Part shown: positions 52,601-64,000 of the stretch, one piece after another
Position numbering within the stretch: position 1 is the stretch's first letter
How the letters are laid out: every line of letters starts with the position of its first letter
DNA from: Girardia tigrina
Lineage: Eukaryota
Assembly: GCA_001938485.1 (NCBI GenBank)
Contig: MQRK01230377.1
Location: forward strand, 1 to 64,000
Length of the DNA: 64,000 nucleotides
Direction: 5' to 3'
Translations under genes and position numbers: made by a program
Notes under the pieces: generated by a model
The model's database searches: none
Seen by the model: only the letters and a program-made list of their open reading frames with translations
What the model was told of the DNA's origin: nothing

Positions 52601-54234
52601 ACTTTTTTTAATTTAAATTGAAAATTCAATTTTTAAAAATATTTATTTATTTTTATTATTTTTTTAATAAAATTAATTTTATTTTTTACTTATGCAATTA
52701 TTAAAAGAAAATTTTTTTTGAAAAAAATGATTGATTTTTGTATTTTAAATTTGATTAATTAAAATATTTTGATTAAAAATTTGATTAAAAATTTTGATTA
52801 ATTGAAAAATTTTTGAAAAACATACAAAATTTTATATTGTTAAATGGACATTATATTAACAAATGGTTCTAATATTATGTGTGTTAAGGGGTAGAAAATA
52901 TTGTTTCATATATTTTCTATTCTCAAATGGACATTTTATTATCAAATGGACATTTGAGTGAGTACGTTTTTTTAATTAACATTTTGATTGGTTAAATTTT
53001 ATTTTTCTTTCAATTTTAGATATGGATTTATTATCGAATGGATTCATGTTATAATTTAATGGACCTCACTGTATATAACGCTTCACGTGTCACTCTCTCC
53101 CAATAATTCCTAAATTATATATTAAAATTATCAAAAATTAACTAAAAAATAATTAAAAACTAAAAAGAATATTAAAAATCCTAAAAAAATAGTATTATAT
53201 TATATATATAATCTATTATAATTGGCTTGTTAATTTTAATTTAAAATTAAATAACTTATTTATTATATTTAAAATTCATTAAAATAAACGATTCAAATTT
53301 ATAATTACAGCGAACCAAAAAAGATATGAAACTAAATCGAATTTCCCCTACATTTACACTGTCAAACCCAATGATAACCAAATACACACGAAAACAAAAA
53401 CCAAATGTCACTCACCCGATATCGATTCGACGAAATATCCTTCAAAATATTACTGCAAATTTTCAACTCGTCCGACAATTTCACGACCGGAATTTTCACG
53501 AGCGCGATCTGCTCATCGAGCGACTCGTTCTTCAGCGAAATCGACGGACTGGGAGTCGGCGACAAATCGTAACACGATTCGACTTTCCGTTTTTTCGATT
53601 TGGATTTCGCGTCCGGAGAAATCGAGCAATTGCTCGCATTGGTCGATGTCGCTTCGTTGTAATTCGAGGTCGATTTGATGCGCTTAGTGGTCGGCCGGAG
53701 CGATTTCTTTATGTCGCACACTGGCGGCGGCTCCGAGGACGAATCGTTGTTAATACTGCTGGATTTCGTGTCTTTCTTGGCGCTGTTGGTGTTGCTGGCG
53801 CCGGAGGAGATGTCGTTTTCTTGGGACGGCAATTTTTCGAGTTTCGAGTTGAAGATGTTCTCGAGCGTCAGAGTCATGCTGATCAGATCGATTTCCGGAG
53901 GATTGAAGATGTAGCAATTCTGGAACACGAGTCTCACATCGGTGATGCACTCGTCGGCGTTGTAATAGAATTTCTTGATCAATCGATTTTTGATAGTGGT
54001 AAAATCCATTGGATAATGCACGATTTTCGGATAATCTGGGATATTGAGCGCCGTATGATCGACCGGATGGAGAAACGGAAAGGAATATTTGTGTCGCATT
54101 AGTTGCGGAAGGATTTTCTTTTTGATAAATTGAAGTCGATTGGTGAGAACATTGGCCGGACGAGGCAGACCGGAACTATCGACAGATTTGTCGATTTGTT
54201 GCGTGATTTCGACACAATCATCCGAAACGAGCAT
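31673..54234 (-). CDS. BET-family bromodomain protein (BRD2/3/4, fs(1)h-like), short form BD1-BD2-ET-SEED, ~704 aa
   Basis: Exons 53416-54234 (BD1: [35 protein letters not shown]), 45320-45706 (BD2), 41739-42132, 38748-39161 (ET: [30 protein letters not shown]) and 31673-31773 (Ser/Asp tail, TGA). All introns are GT-AG with compatible phases 0,0,1,1; total 2115 nt. Confidence 0.92.
31879..32233. repeat. Inverted pair of Penelope-type pLTR fragments with degenerate minimal hammerhead motifs
   Basis: CTGAAGATG...GAAATT.A.TACAATAAATTTT at 31879-31923(-) and 32192-32233(+). Confidence 0.55.
31995..32096. mobile_element. 102-bp mariner-type MITE
   Basis: TA|ttgggtgtacaactaattaatttcgtattttttt ... 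aaaaaaatacgaaattaattagttgtacacctaa|TA. Confidence 0.8.
33002..34130 (+). mobile_element. pogo/Tigger-like deletion derivative
   Basis: TIRs (ctccctatta.aagcca) with TA TSD; HTH N-terminus [12 protein letters not shown] and C-terminal NKPF..YLR...GWITKAW..ITPEII. Confidence 0.8.
34200..34620 (+). mobile_element. Penelope-like GIY-YIG fragment
   Basis: [21 protein letters not shown], paralogous to 46819-47094. Confidence 0.7.
36504..37141 (-). mobile_element. Tc1/mariner (maT/DD37D-like) deletion derivative
   Basis: TIRs cag.gt..tccgtttaaattg.gac; transposase N-terminus RSAEII...KVTVYRIAK...EGSAT...HNRS. Confidence 0.7.
37287..37934. mobile_element. Solo LTR
   Basis: TGTTGGG...CCCAACA termini with 4-bp TSD GTTG. 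Confidence 0.75.
43851..44497 (-). mobile_element. HINE/DINE-1-like non-autonomous Helentron
   Basis: Subterminal inverted repeat agcgcaatttcc/ggaaattgcgct, microsatellite-like tract and ACTTG|TTT end; near-identical copy at 61899-62601. Confidence 0.7.
44520..44960 (+). mobile_element. Tc1/mariner transposase C-terminal remnant
   Basis: [20 protein letters not shown] resembles WPPYSPDLNPLDFFLWG.LK. Confidence 0.55.
46733..47280 (+). mobile_element. Penelope-like element 3' end (GIY-YIG endonuclease + pLTR)
   Basis: [29 protein letters not shown]...[13 protein letters not shown], followed by a hammerhead motif and AATAAA. Confidence 0.85.
47201..47237 (+). ncRNA. Minimal type I hammerhead ribozyme (Penelope-associated)
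   Basis: tgca-CTGAAGA-t-acc/gaaat/ggt-GAAA-cgcgT-A-tgta: core intact, palindromic ACGCGT stem III, 4-bp stem I. Confidence 0.75.
49437..49893 (+). mobile_element. 5'-truncated solo LTR (same family as 10617-11136, ending in CA)
   Basis: Colinear with ~10691-11136 (agaatggtgattct...aattgtctcaatg.tcttaa); a matching 5' piece starts at 48548 but the TSDs do not match. Confidence 0.75.
51276..52117. mobile_element. Unclassified long-TIR DNA element with internal Cys-containing coding remnant
   Basis: atagttccgtacgggccccag ... ctggggcccgtacggaactat with ~90-bp imperfect TIRs; related copy at 62915-63480. Confidence 0.7.
52212..53071. mobile_element. Tc1/mariner-type MITE
   Basis: TA|cagtgaggtccatt ... 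aatggacctcactg|TA. Confidence 0.8.
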
Positions 54235-55158
54235 TTTCGATTAATAATTGATGAGTGACAACTGAAAATCGGCTTTAGAAAAACCGTAAAATCATAATTT
54301 GAAAATAATATTGAAAATGGTGAACAGAAAGTGAAATCAAAATTTACATTAAACATAAAAGTAGTAAAACAAAATTGTTTGGAATTTTTTTCGTTTGTTT
54401 TTTGTTTTTTATGTGTAAGATTTTGCGATATGAATTTCGACAAAAAAATATAAATATGAATTTTTCTTGGAAGAGAGAAAAAAATTTTTTTAAATTTCTC
54501 TTTCTGTTGATTTTTTGTGGATGTTAGGAAAATTTGAAAATTGAAATGTTTTTTGTTTTCATTTATTATATGACTTTGATAGAAGTGGTTTTATTTTAAT
54601 AATAATTTTTTTTAATTTTTTAGAGAAATAATTAAAAAATATATTTTTATTTTCATGGTGCACTTTGTATGGATTCTAACTTATTTTTTTATTAGATTTT
54701 TCAAATTTTACCATTATTAAAATGGTAAAGAATTACTAAATTTATCATACTTAAAAATAATTACTTCCTATCAAATTTTTGAAAAACTATAAAAAATTAT
54801 TTAAATTAGTGTAAAATCGAATCAAGGAATTAAATCGATATTTGCTTAAAATTAAATTTAAATGTATAAAAATAAATTACAAATTCGAATGCATAAATCA
54901 AAAGTTAAATATAGTTTATTGAATACAAAGTAGATTAATATAAAATACCATGATATGTAAAATATTAGGGAATAAAAAAGTTTTTTTGAAAAAAAAACTG
55001 TACTTAAATTATTTTAGGGAAATACCTTTGATAATACATTAGTTTTAAATACATAACGTTTTCATTTTAAATTTTAAACTGAGAATTATTCATTTTAAAT
55101 TGAAATTTCCTGAAAATTTTTAAATATTTTTATTTCAAGAATTTTAAAATCTTTTATA

Positions 55159-56117
55159 TTAGGTTGTTCGATATGAAACGGGTCAAACTTCACACCTTAC
55201 ATTTCAATCGCGTATAACTTAACTTTGAACTATCGTATGAAAATAAATAAGGTATTTCTTGACAGATANNNNNNNNNNNNNNNNNNNNNNNNNNNNNNNN
55301 NNNNNNNNNNNNNNNNNNNNNNNNNNNNNNNNNNNNNNNNNNNNNNNNNNNNNNNNNNNNNNNNNNNNNNNNNNNNNNNNNNNNNNNNNNNNNNNNNNNN
55401 NNNNNNNNNNNNNNNNNNNNNNNNNNNNNNNNNNNNNNNNNNNNNNNNNNNNNNNNNNNNNNNNNNNNNNNNNNNNNNNNNNNNNNNNNNNNNNNNNNNN
55501 NNNNNNNNNNNNNNNNNNNNNNNNNNNNNNNNNNNNNNNNNNNNNNNNNNNNNNNNNNNNNNNNNNNNNNNNNNNNNNNNNNNNNNNNNNNNNNNNNNNN
55601 NNNNNNNNNNNNNNNNNNNNNNNNNNNNNNNNNNNNNNNNNNNNNNNNNNNNNNNNNNNNNNNNNNNNNNNNNNNNNNNNNNNNNNNNNNNNNNNNNNNN
55701 NNNNNNNNNNNNNNNNNNNNNNNNNNNNNNNNNNNNNNNNNNNNNNNNNNNNNNNNNNNNNNNNNNNNNNNNNNNNNNNNNNNNNNNNNNNNNNNNNNNN
55801 NNNNNNNNNNNNNNNNNNNNNNNNNNNNNNNNNNNNNNNNNNNNNNNNNNNNNNNNNNNNNNNNNNNNNNNNNNNNNNNNNNNNNNNNNNNNNNNNNNNN
55901 NNNNNNNNNNNNNNNNNNNNNNNNNNNNNNNNNNNNNNNNNNNNNNNNNNNNNNNNNNNNNNNNNNNNNNNNNNNNNNNNNNNNNNNNNNNNNNNNNNNN
56001 NNNNNNNNNGTTGACAACATGGGGGGATATTTTGATTAAAAATAAAATGTTATTATTTAAAAAAAATCGATTTACATTTTACTTTAATTTTGACCCGTTT
56101 CATATCGAACAACCTAA
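55159..56117. mobile_element. Young mariner-type element spanning an assembly gap
   Basis: Perfect 29-bp TIRs ttaggttgttcgatatgaaacgggtcaaa with TA TSD; interior mostly N. Confidence 0.85.
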
Positions 56118-56989
56118 TAATAAAACAATTTTTTACGAAGTAAAAATCTTTTACTAAATAATCTTCTCCAATGCAAATAATTTCAACGATTACCCGAAGA
56201 ATAAAGATTTATTAATTAAGAATATAAATCTCTTTAAAAAAAATGTTTAAAAGTAAAAATTCTCAATTTTAACTTTAAACCCTACACTATAATTATTTAT
56301 ATCAATGCGTTTATTAATATATTTATGTATTTTACTAATCAGTTTACCAAAGATACAAATTAATTTCAAAAAGGTGAAAATAAAAGTAAACTTTTATAAA
56401 AAGAAATCAAAATAAGAATATTATTTTGCTTTTAAATATTTATTTATTATGTACAGTTTACAATAGCTTGTTTAGACAGTTTAATCTTATTCTGATATTT
56501 TAGAGTTTGAATAGATGGGGAAATGAAATTCACTTGCCTTAAAATATTTAAATATATAAAAATATATTAATAAAATATATAAATTATATGTTGATCAATG
56601 GCTTCAATTTCAAATTTTCGTACTTCGAATTAGACCTTGATTCTTTTCAATTTAATTTCTCTATTAATTTATTGAGTACTAACTCAGCTTTATACGTTTT
56701 TAATTCTGTGTGGTATAGATCGTCACGCACTTTAACCCTCAAATTATAATTCTTCTTCTTTCAGATAATCTTTTGTATGTGGTCATTTTGTCACGTACTT
56801 TAACTTTCAAATTTTCTTTTAAAATTAGTTGAACTTTTAAAAATAATAATTTTTTTGGGTGCCCTTTTATTGGGGTTCCAAAATATTATTTAAAATTTTT
56901 AATCAAAAAAATCTTGTAAAAAATTAATTGAAAACAATTCTCTTTTTAAAAAATCAATAATTTTCGATCTACATTATTTTAATAAAATA

Positions 56990-58687
56990 TGTAGAATAAT
57001 TAGAAATATTTTGAGATTCGTTTTATCTATTCAAATTTCAAGTTTAGAAAAAGCTAGTATTTAAACAACAACGAATTCAGTCATAAACAATGTTAGGATA
57101 ATTAAATTAATATCAATACATATTTATATTTAAATTCATATCTCTATTTATAAATATATAAAGGATCCATTATATGGTTATATAGACTCCTGAAATTGTT
57201 TGAATCAATCAACGTAATTATAAATTACGCGCATAATTTAATTTTGATTAGAAATAAATATTTCTTCTAGTTTCGATTTTTAAATGAATAATTCTTACAT
57301 GGCGACCACGCCTAGCATCGTTAATAATTTAGCACCGAAGATATTCGATGGGAACAGCGATCTAGAAGACTTCATCGGCGATTGTCAACAATTTTTCGAG
57401 GTATGTCAAATCAATGAATCAATCCAAATGCTTATGGTGAAAGCATTTATCGGAGGAGACCTACTCGCAACATATGAAGCAGTAGATTCGAAAATCGTGG
57501 ATTTTGCAAAATGATTACGGAAAGCGTTCAAAAAACCAACATCGTTGATCAAAGATTTACAAAACCTGATGACCTATCGTAAAGGATCAGACTCGGCTCC
57601 TGCATTTTTCAATAAAGTGGAAAAAATGTTCGATAAAATTCTGAATCACAAATGGAACAAGCAAGAACTCATGTCCTATTTTTTGACCCATTGTGTGGAA
57701 GATGTCAATATGAAGACTCAAATTTTAATGCATGAAGCAAAATCACCAGAGGCAATAAAATCGGTTATAGAGAAGATGGAGACTATCAAATCGGAGGTGG
57801 AAGTCAATGAAATCGCTAATATTCAAAGACAGAAAACCTTCGCAAATGTCTTGAAAGACCGTACCCAATTTCCGATCCACCAAAGTTTTCAAAATCAAAG
57901 AAGCAATCCATCAAGAGATTTTAAAAGATATGCAACAATTCCAAAAGGATCCATACAACAAAGTGGTGAAAAGGATGGTAAANNNNNNNNNNNNNNNNNN
58001 NNNNNNNNNNNNNNNNNNNNNNNNNNNNNNNNNNNNNNNNNNNNNNNNNNNNNNNNNNNNNNNNNNNNNNNNNNNNNNNNNNNNNNNNNNNNNNNNNNNN
58101 NNNNNNNNNNNNNNNNNNNNNNNNNNNNNNNNNNNNNNNNNNNNNNNNNNNNNNNNNNNNNNNNNNNNNNNNNNNNNNATATTAGTAGTTGTAAATGTAT
58201 TTATAATAGTAATAATATATATCGTAATTATGATATTGGTAGTATTTATAATAATAATAATAATAATATTAATAACAGTGATGTAACTAATGTAGAGTGT
58301 ATAGCATTTATAGAGAATACTAGAGGTAGTACAATCTTGAAGAGCGCAGATCGATATTTATTAACATTTGTAATGAATTCGAAAGATAAGTTAAGTTATA
58401 ATGTTTTTAATGGGAGGCCAAGCATGTTGACAAAAATTGGCGGTTTGGAATTAAACTGTTTGCTTGACACAGGAGCTCGAATTAATGTATTGGATGAAAA
58501 GATTGTTAAAGAGTTACAGATTTTGATAGATATTAAATCTATAATGAATGTAGTTTGTGCCAATGGTAGTGGTATGGAGTGGTCAGGAACATGTAGAATT
58601 AATGTTATGTGGCGGAGTGTAAAAATAAATGCATTATTTTATATCGCGAAGAGAGTATTTCCATCTGTTATTTCATCTAAAGTGTAG
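56990..58687 (+). mobile_element. Truncated LTR retrotransposon: LTR end, PBS, gag, protease
   Basis: ...TTCTTACA|TGGCGACC at 57292-57307; gag APKIFDGNSDLEDFI (one stop), gap, protease CLLDTGARIN. The LTR 5' start is uncertain. Confidence 0.75.
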
Positions 58688-60440
58688 ATATCATGATACA
58701 ACAATATAATAATGCAATAAAAAGAAATCTTTTAAGATTTTTTTGGCTCTTTTTAAATAAATTAATAAAGTAGAAATTATACATTAAGTTAACTGATTAA
58801 TTTAGCAGATATGTTTTATTAACCACAGTTAAAAAAACAAGATAAAGAGACAACACCAAAAATTATTATGAACATTGGATAATGAAATTTAAAATACCAA
58901 TAATAATTCATGTAAATAGAGGAAAAACTTTCAAATAATATAGAATATTTGTAAAAATTTTCAATTCATGCAAATTGAATAATTATAATGAATTTCAGAC
59001 AATTCTGGAATATGTTAACTTGAAAGTTTGCACAAAATAGAATAAAAATATAGTTGATTTACTGAAATTCCATTCGCATAAAACCATTAACATCAAACAG
59101 TTTGTTTATTTGCGATCACAAAAGCAATAATGTTTGTCAGGACTAAAAATATGATCTGTGAAGATTTTTTTCATGTTAACATTATATCATTAATAGATTT
59201 GCAACACTTTTGGCATGTTATTGCAATTGAATAAATAAATTTTTAAATGATAAAAAACGTTTTATAATAACATTAAGAAGTAGAAGGATAAATAATTTGG
59301 GGAGTTTTCAGTTCGTCCAAGTGAAATAAAGTCTTCCCAATCTGATAATGGAGAGGTTAAAATATTTAAAAACTTTTGAATCAGTAAATAATTACTTGAA
59401 ATTTCATTTTGTCAATCACATAAGTATTGTATCCTATTCTACTATTAGATATAAATGCACTTTTATTCGAAGAGTACATCCAACATTTTTATAGTTAGAA
59501 AAATTCTGTAAATTATATAGATAACAATTGATAGTGCAAATCAACATTTAACACATTATCCAGATATAGATCATAATTCCATGATTTATATGACAATTTA
59601 TAGTAAATTTTTAATACATATAATATCGATTTTAATTCACAGCTGTAAGATAATGCAGACAAAATGTAGATATTAATGACTAGTAGTATTTGGAAGGTAT
59701 GTAAATAATTTTTTTCAAAGAAAAAATTAAAATTTTTGTAAAATAAATTAATAAGAATTACGATAAAAAATACATAGTTTCCTTCCGTATAAAACTCGCT
59801 TTTTTTGAAATAGATTAACAGGTGTGGGCTACAATGAATTCACGAAGTGACACTTAGTTAACAAAAATTTAGACAGCTTTAGTTATTTTATTAGCTTTTA
59901 AAATTAATGTTACCCTTACCTCATAGTCAAACTTGTTGAAAATCATTTTACTTATTATGATCAAATGTCATGCTTAAGTAACTTACATCAATATAGTTTT
60001 CTGCAAATAGTTTTTTTACAAAAAAGCATAAGAGCAAAATGATAACGCTATAAATTTTGTTAGAAAATTGTTAGACGCTTTTTACATGTCATTAAAATGA
60101 TTATGTATATATAAATTAAATTTAATAGTTTTCAAATTTTTTACATAGTTTAACTTTATAAAATTTCTCTATTCATATAAGAAACCGAAAAATGATTATT
60201 AATTAATAAATTTTTTACAATAACTTATTTTAATAAACTTCTTAAGCTTTCAAGCTAAATTTAACGAATTAAAACGATTCACGACAATAATTTATTTTTT
60301 ATAATTGACTAATTAAAAAAACATTAATTTTCAGCGTTTTTATTAAGTCTTTTATCAAAAAAATATCTTCCCAACTATTTAATTAAAAATAATTGTTGTT
60401 TAAATTAGTTCAAAATTTGAATCGATAGACCATTTTAACA

Positions 60441-60920
60441 ATGAAGCTGGTCAGGTAATGGATTAAAAACGGAGAAAAACAAATGCAATGAATATTTAAA
60501 AATTTTTATTAAGATTTTTAATGCGCCTGTCTCATGAAACTGTGACTATTGAAATGAAAAACGGTTCAATTGTCCATGGGACAGTCGCCGGTGTCGACAT
60601 GGCAATGAACACGCACTTGCGATCAGTTAAATTGACACTGAAAAATAAAGAACCGATAAATCTCGACACATTCAGTATCCGCGGCAACAATATCAGGTAT
60701 TTCATCTTGCCGGAAACACTCCCGCTCGATACGATGCTCATTGATGACACCCCGAAAGTCAGCAAGAAGAAGAAAGAAAGTTTGTTTTTATTGATTTATC
60801 GCAATCGCTGGGTTTACATTTCGATATTCAGCGACGTCTCTGGCGCGAGGAAGAGGCCGTGGAGGACCGCGAGGTCGCGGACGAGGCCCAAGAGGCAGAG
60901 GACGCGGCAGACCGCGCTAA
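60441..60920 (+). CDS. SNRPD1: Small nuclear ribonucleoprotein Sm D1
   Basis: Exons 60441-60454, 60514-60779 and 60832-60920 (59- and 52-nt GT-AG introns) give [22 protein letters not shown]...[12 protein letters not shown]...[24 protein letters not shown]. Confidence 0.97.
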
Positions 60921-61482
60921 TCGATTGTATATCTGTGTGTGGCAATAAATATGCGATTGTTTGCTCTTGTTCTTTTTGATATTAATTTTTAATTAATTGA
61001 AATTCATTATTATCTTTTTGTGAGATCGAATAGTTAATTTGGTGTGCGGTCTCCGCCGCTTCGAGAGTGCAAATCGATGGAGTAATTTCTCTTCTTTCGG
61101 TTTTATTGGAAATTTAATTCATTTTAAAATAATTATTAAAAAATATTTTAAATCATTTCTAAAATTATCCGTGGGGGTATTTGTTTATAGGCCCCACTAG
61201 TTCGTGAGTATAGATTAATGGTCAAATTTTTGAATTAGAAAGAAAGTGAAAAATAAAATTTTTTTCAGAATCAAATATTATTATTATTATTAATAGATTC
61301 TATTTAAAAACCCAAATTCAAATTTTCTCCAAATTGCAAAATTTTGATTTTATTTTCTCCTAACGATTTCCAAAGCAAAAAAACCCTTTCCCCCCCAAAA
61401 AAAACAAATTGTCCTCAAATTTCACCCCGCAAAAAATTAATTTCATTTGTCGCCTGATTTCACAAAGTGTCGTTTTTCGAAA

Positions 61483-61704
61483 ATGAAATCGAAAAATTTC
61501 CTATCGAAATTTAATCTAATGAACGGGAAAATGGAGAACCGCTCGGAGATCCGGTCCTCGGGATACGCGGACATGCTGAATGACAGCGACAGGAACCACA
61601 AGTTCTATCGGGCGCTGAGGGACGTGATCGCGGGACTGAAGCGCGACAACCGCACGATCCACGTGCTCGACATCGGGTGCGGCAGCGGCATCCTGTCCAT
61701 GATG
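61483..61704 (+). CDS. PRMT7: Protein arginine methyltransferase 7, exon 1 (gene continues downstream)
   Basis: F.SKFN..NG..E...EIRSSGYADMLND.DRN.KFY.AL...VLDIGCGSGILSMM matches the PRMT7 N-terminus and SAM motif I; GT donor at 61705. Confidence 0.88.
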
Positions 61705-61898
61705 GTTGATGATTGAACGCGTGTTTATTATATTCGCTTTTGTACAACATTTTCTTAATTCTTAAAATATATTTTTCAGTATAAATTAAAGTAAAAGAAT
61801 TGATTCGGTCAAATGACCAAATTACTAAAGACTGAAATTATTACAATTTTTTTTCATAAACCAAATAAGGTTATTTTCATTTTAAATTGAGATTTTTT

Positions 61899-62601
61899 AG
61901 CGCAATTTCCATACTGACAATTGCGATTATTAATTGGTTATTTCAGTGTGGATGGATGGATGTGTCCGCAGCTTTAAGTCGTATCTCCTCCTCAACGAAG
62001 CAATATCGAGGGCTAGTTCCAAAAGCAAATATGTTAAGCAAGTTCAGAGGATGATTGTGGGCCAAAAAAATTCCGGGATTTCCTTCCTGGATTTCCCGGA
62101 AAAGCCAAAAAACCTCGAAAAAATGCAGTTTATGGCCTATATCTCGGCAACCAGACCACTTAGCGACTTGAAACATTTACCAATTGATTCCTGCAATAAT
62201 TTAGAACAATATTGCCGAAGAAAGTTTTCAAAAATATCCTTTCGTTCGGTCACAAAAAATAATCATAGTCAAATACTGATATAAACGTTTTAATAATTAA
62301 TATACAACTATTAATTTCATATGGAATAATTAATTAATTTTATATGGACATTGTTTACTTGATGAAGTTGCTTTTTAGCGCAATTTATGAAAATTAAACC
62401 CCTAGATTGACCCTCTTCTCCTGAATATAAGCTTTTACTTGTGCGGATTATGCTGATTATCGTAATCCGATAAAAATATCCTTTCGTTCGGTCACAAAAA
62501 ATTAATCATAGTCAAATACTGATATAAACGTTTTAATATTTGGGCACCGAATAACATAAGGAAATTGTGCTTAAATTGTCACTAGACTTTTTATTAACTT
62601 G
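61899..62601 (+). mobile_element. HINE/DINE-1-like element with internal duplication/insertion
   Basis: Reverse-complement match to 43851-44497; (GGAT)n tract, subTIRs and T-rich flanks. Confidence 0.7.
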
Positions 62602-62914
62602 TTTTATTTAAGATTGAGAATGTTTCATTCTCTTTATTTTTTTCACTTTAATTAATTAAAATCTGAATTTTAATTAAAATAAACTCATTTTCAAATAAAA
62701 AAATCTCAATTTAAAATGAAAAATAACAATACTACATACAGCGACGTACATAACATAAAATGTTCCTCATAACAACTTATTTTAAATTTATTGTATTTTA
62801 GAATGTTAAATTTTGTAATAATCTTTTTTGGTCTTTTGGGATTCGGTCATTTGACACAAACCCTAAAAGAATTATTTGAAAGTTATCTATTTCGAAGTCT
62901 AATGAGAAATTTGG

Positions 62915-63480
62915 GGTATAGTTCCGCACATGCCCCAGCAATAATAAAAGTATTACAATATAAAATTACAAGCATTCCAGGAAAAATAATTTTAAAAAAT
63001 TTATATGAAATGTTTAAGTCACAAAATATCATAATCATTGGCTTCACTGACTTATTCTAGAAATTATTCAACTTAATTTAGGAATTATTCGTACCACGAT
63101 TTCAGAATGAAATAAATGTTTAATAATTTGTTTTATATTTTTTAGGTATGCTTAATATATTTTAAAAAATAAAATTTTTATATTTAAAATTAAATATTTT
63201 TTTGGATTTTTTATATTATTTTTAGTTAATTTTTTATGCAAAAATAAAAATTAATAAAAATAGTTTTAAAAAATGAGACGAAAAACAAGTTTAATTTAAA
63301 AATTTACATAAAATAAGTCGGAGAAGCTAGTGATTACATAATACATATGGGTATTTTTCGTTGAAGTTAGATTACTTAAAAAAAATTAATAAAATTTTCA
63401 AATTATTTTCCTGGAATGCCGATAATTATTTATATATTGTCATACTTTTATTTTTGCTGTGGCCCATATGGAATTATACC
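62915..63480. mobile_element. Unclassified TIR MITE related to 51276-52117
   Basis: ggtatagttccg...agcattccaggaaaaataatttt and its mirrored end ttttcctggaatgcc...ggaattatacc. Confidence 0.65.
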
Positions 63481-64000
63481 TATAAGATGAAATTAAGTGA
63501 TTCCAGTTCATCAATACTAAAGAAAAAGCTATGCTTCGAAGGCGAAAAAAGATTTTCTTGTTATAAACTGTAAGAATTTTTTGAAATAATTACTGATACT
63601 TGCTAATGAACTCAGTTAGTTTGTTTAAAGAAGCTCTGGTCGAAAAATAACGGAATATATAGATACACATCTCAAGATTCTTTTATGTTATAAAAACTCT
63701 AAATCACAAGTTTTTAAAACTGTTTTAAGGTAACTTAGAAAGGCAATAGTGGTATATTAACTTTATTTAATAAGCAACTTTAACTTTATTTAACTTCAGT
63801 TATAAGCAGATATTGTTCCTTAGGAAAAGGTCTTTGATAGCTAAAATTTTGAATGATTTATTTTTCATTTTCTTTATAGAAAATTATGTCTCATGAGCTT
63901 CGAACGTCAGAAAATATGCATTTATTTTAAATTTATTAAAATCAAGTCAATTTGAACATAACACAAAAATGAATATTAAAACACATTTAAATAACTCAGT

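Noticed and set aside
53326-54102. 258-aa plus-strand ORF
   Set aside because: Antisense shadow of GC-rich BET exon 1.
55190-56157. Long ORFs across N runs (also 43895-44462 and 57930-58286)
   Set aside because: Open only because of assembly gaps.
61447-61716. Bacterial methyltransferase by HGT (GC-rich)
   Set aside because: Matches the PRMT7 N-terminus and ends at a GT splice donor.
61934-62284. 116-aa ORF repeated at 43992-44462
   Set aside because: Lies inside a non-autonomous HINE-like repeat, has a non-ATG start and no domain.

Overview
AT-rich eukaryotic (animal, probably invertebrate) genomic DNA with short 40-59 nt introns alongside multi-kb, TE-filled introns and several N gaps. 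Host genes: 5' part of a Shaw/Kv3-like K+ channel (minus, running off the left edge), a possible carbohydrate sulfotransferase 5' part, a complete 5-exon BET bromodomain gene (BD1-BD2-ET-SEED, about 704 aa, minus, 31673-54234), SmD1 (3 exons) and exon 1 of PRMT7. The rest is mostly decayed mobile DNA: mariner/Tc1/pogo, hAT, piggyBac, Chapaev-like, Helitron/HINE, Penelope fragments with minimal hammerheads, Gypsy elements and solo LTRs. Two things stand out. (1) A ~7.8 kb Polinton-like element (2440-10264) has ~1.1-1.2 kb inverted repeats enclosing only a decayed protein-primed-type PolB (with an endonuclease VII-like insert) and a divergent TBP-like gene, and it is capped by a phased array of RFX X-box-like palindromes. 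(2) A Gypsy family has very short LTRs (66 and 114 bp) and a primer-binding site that lacks TGG and reads as the complement of the first 12 nt of a tRNA 5' end. Everything was read by eye; no searches were run.
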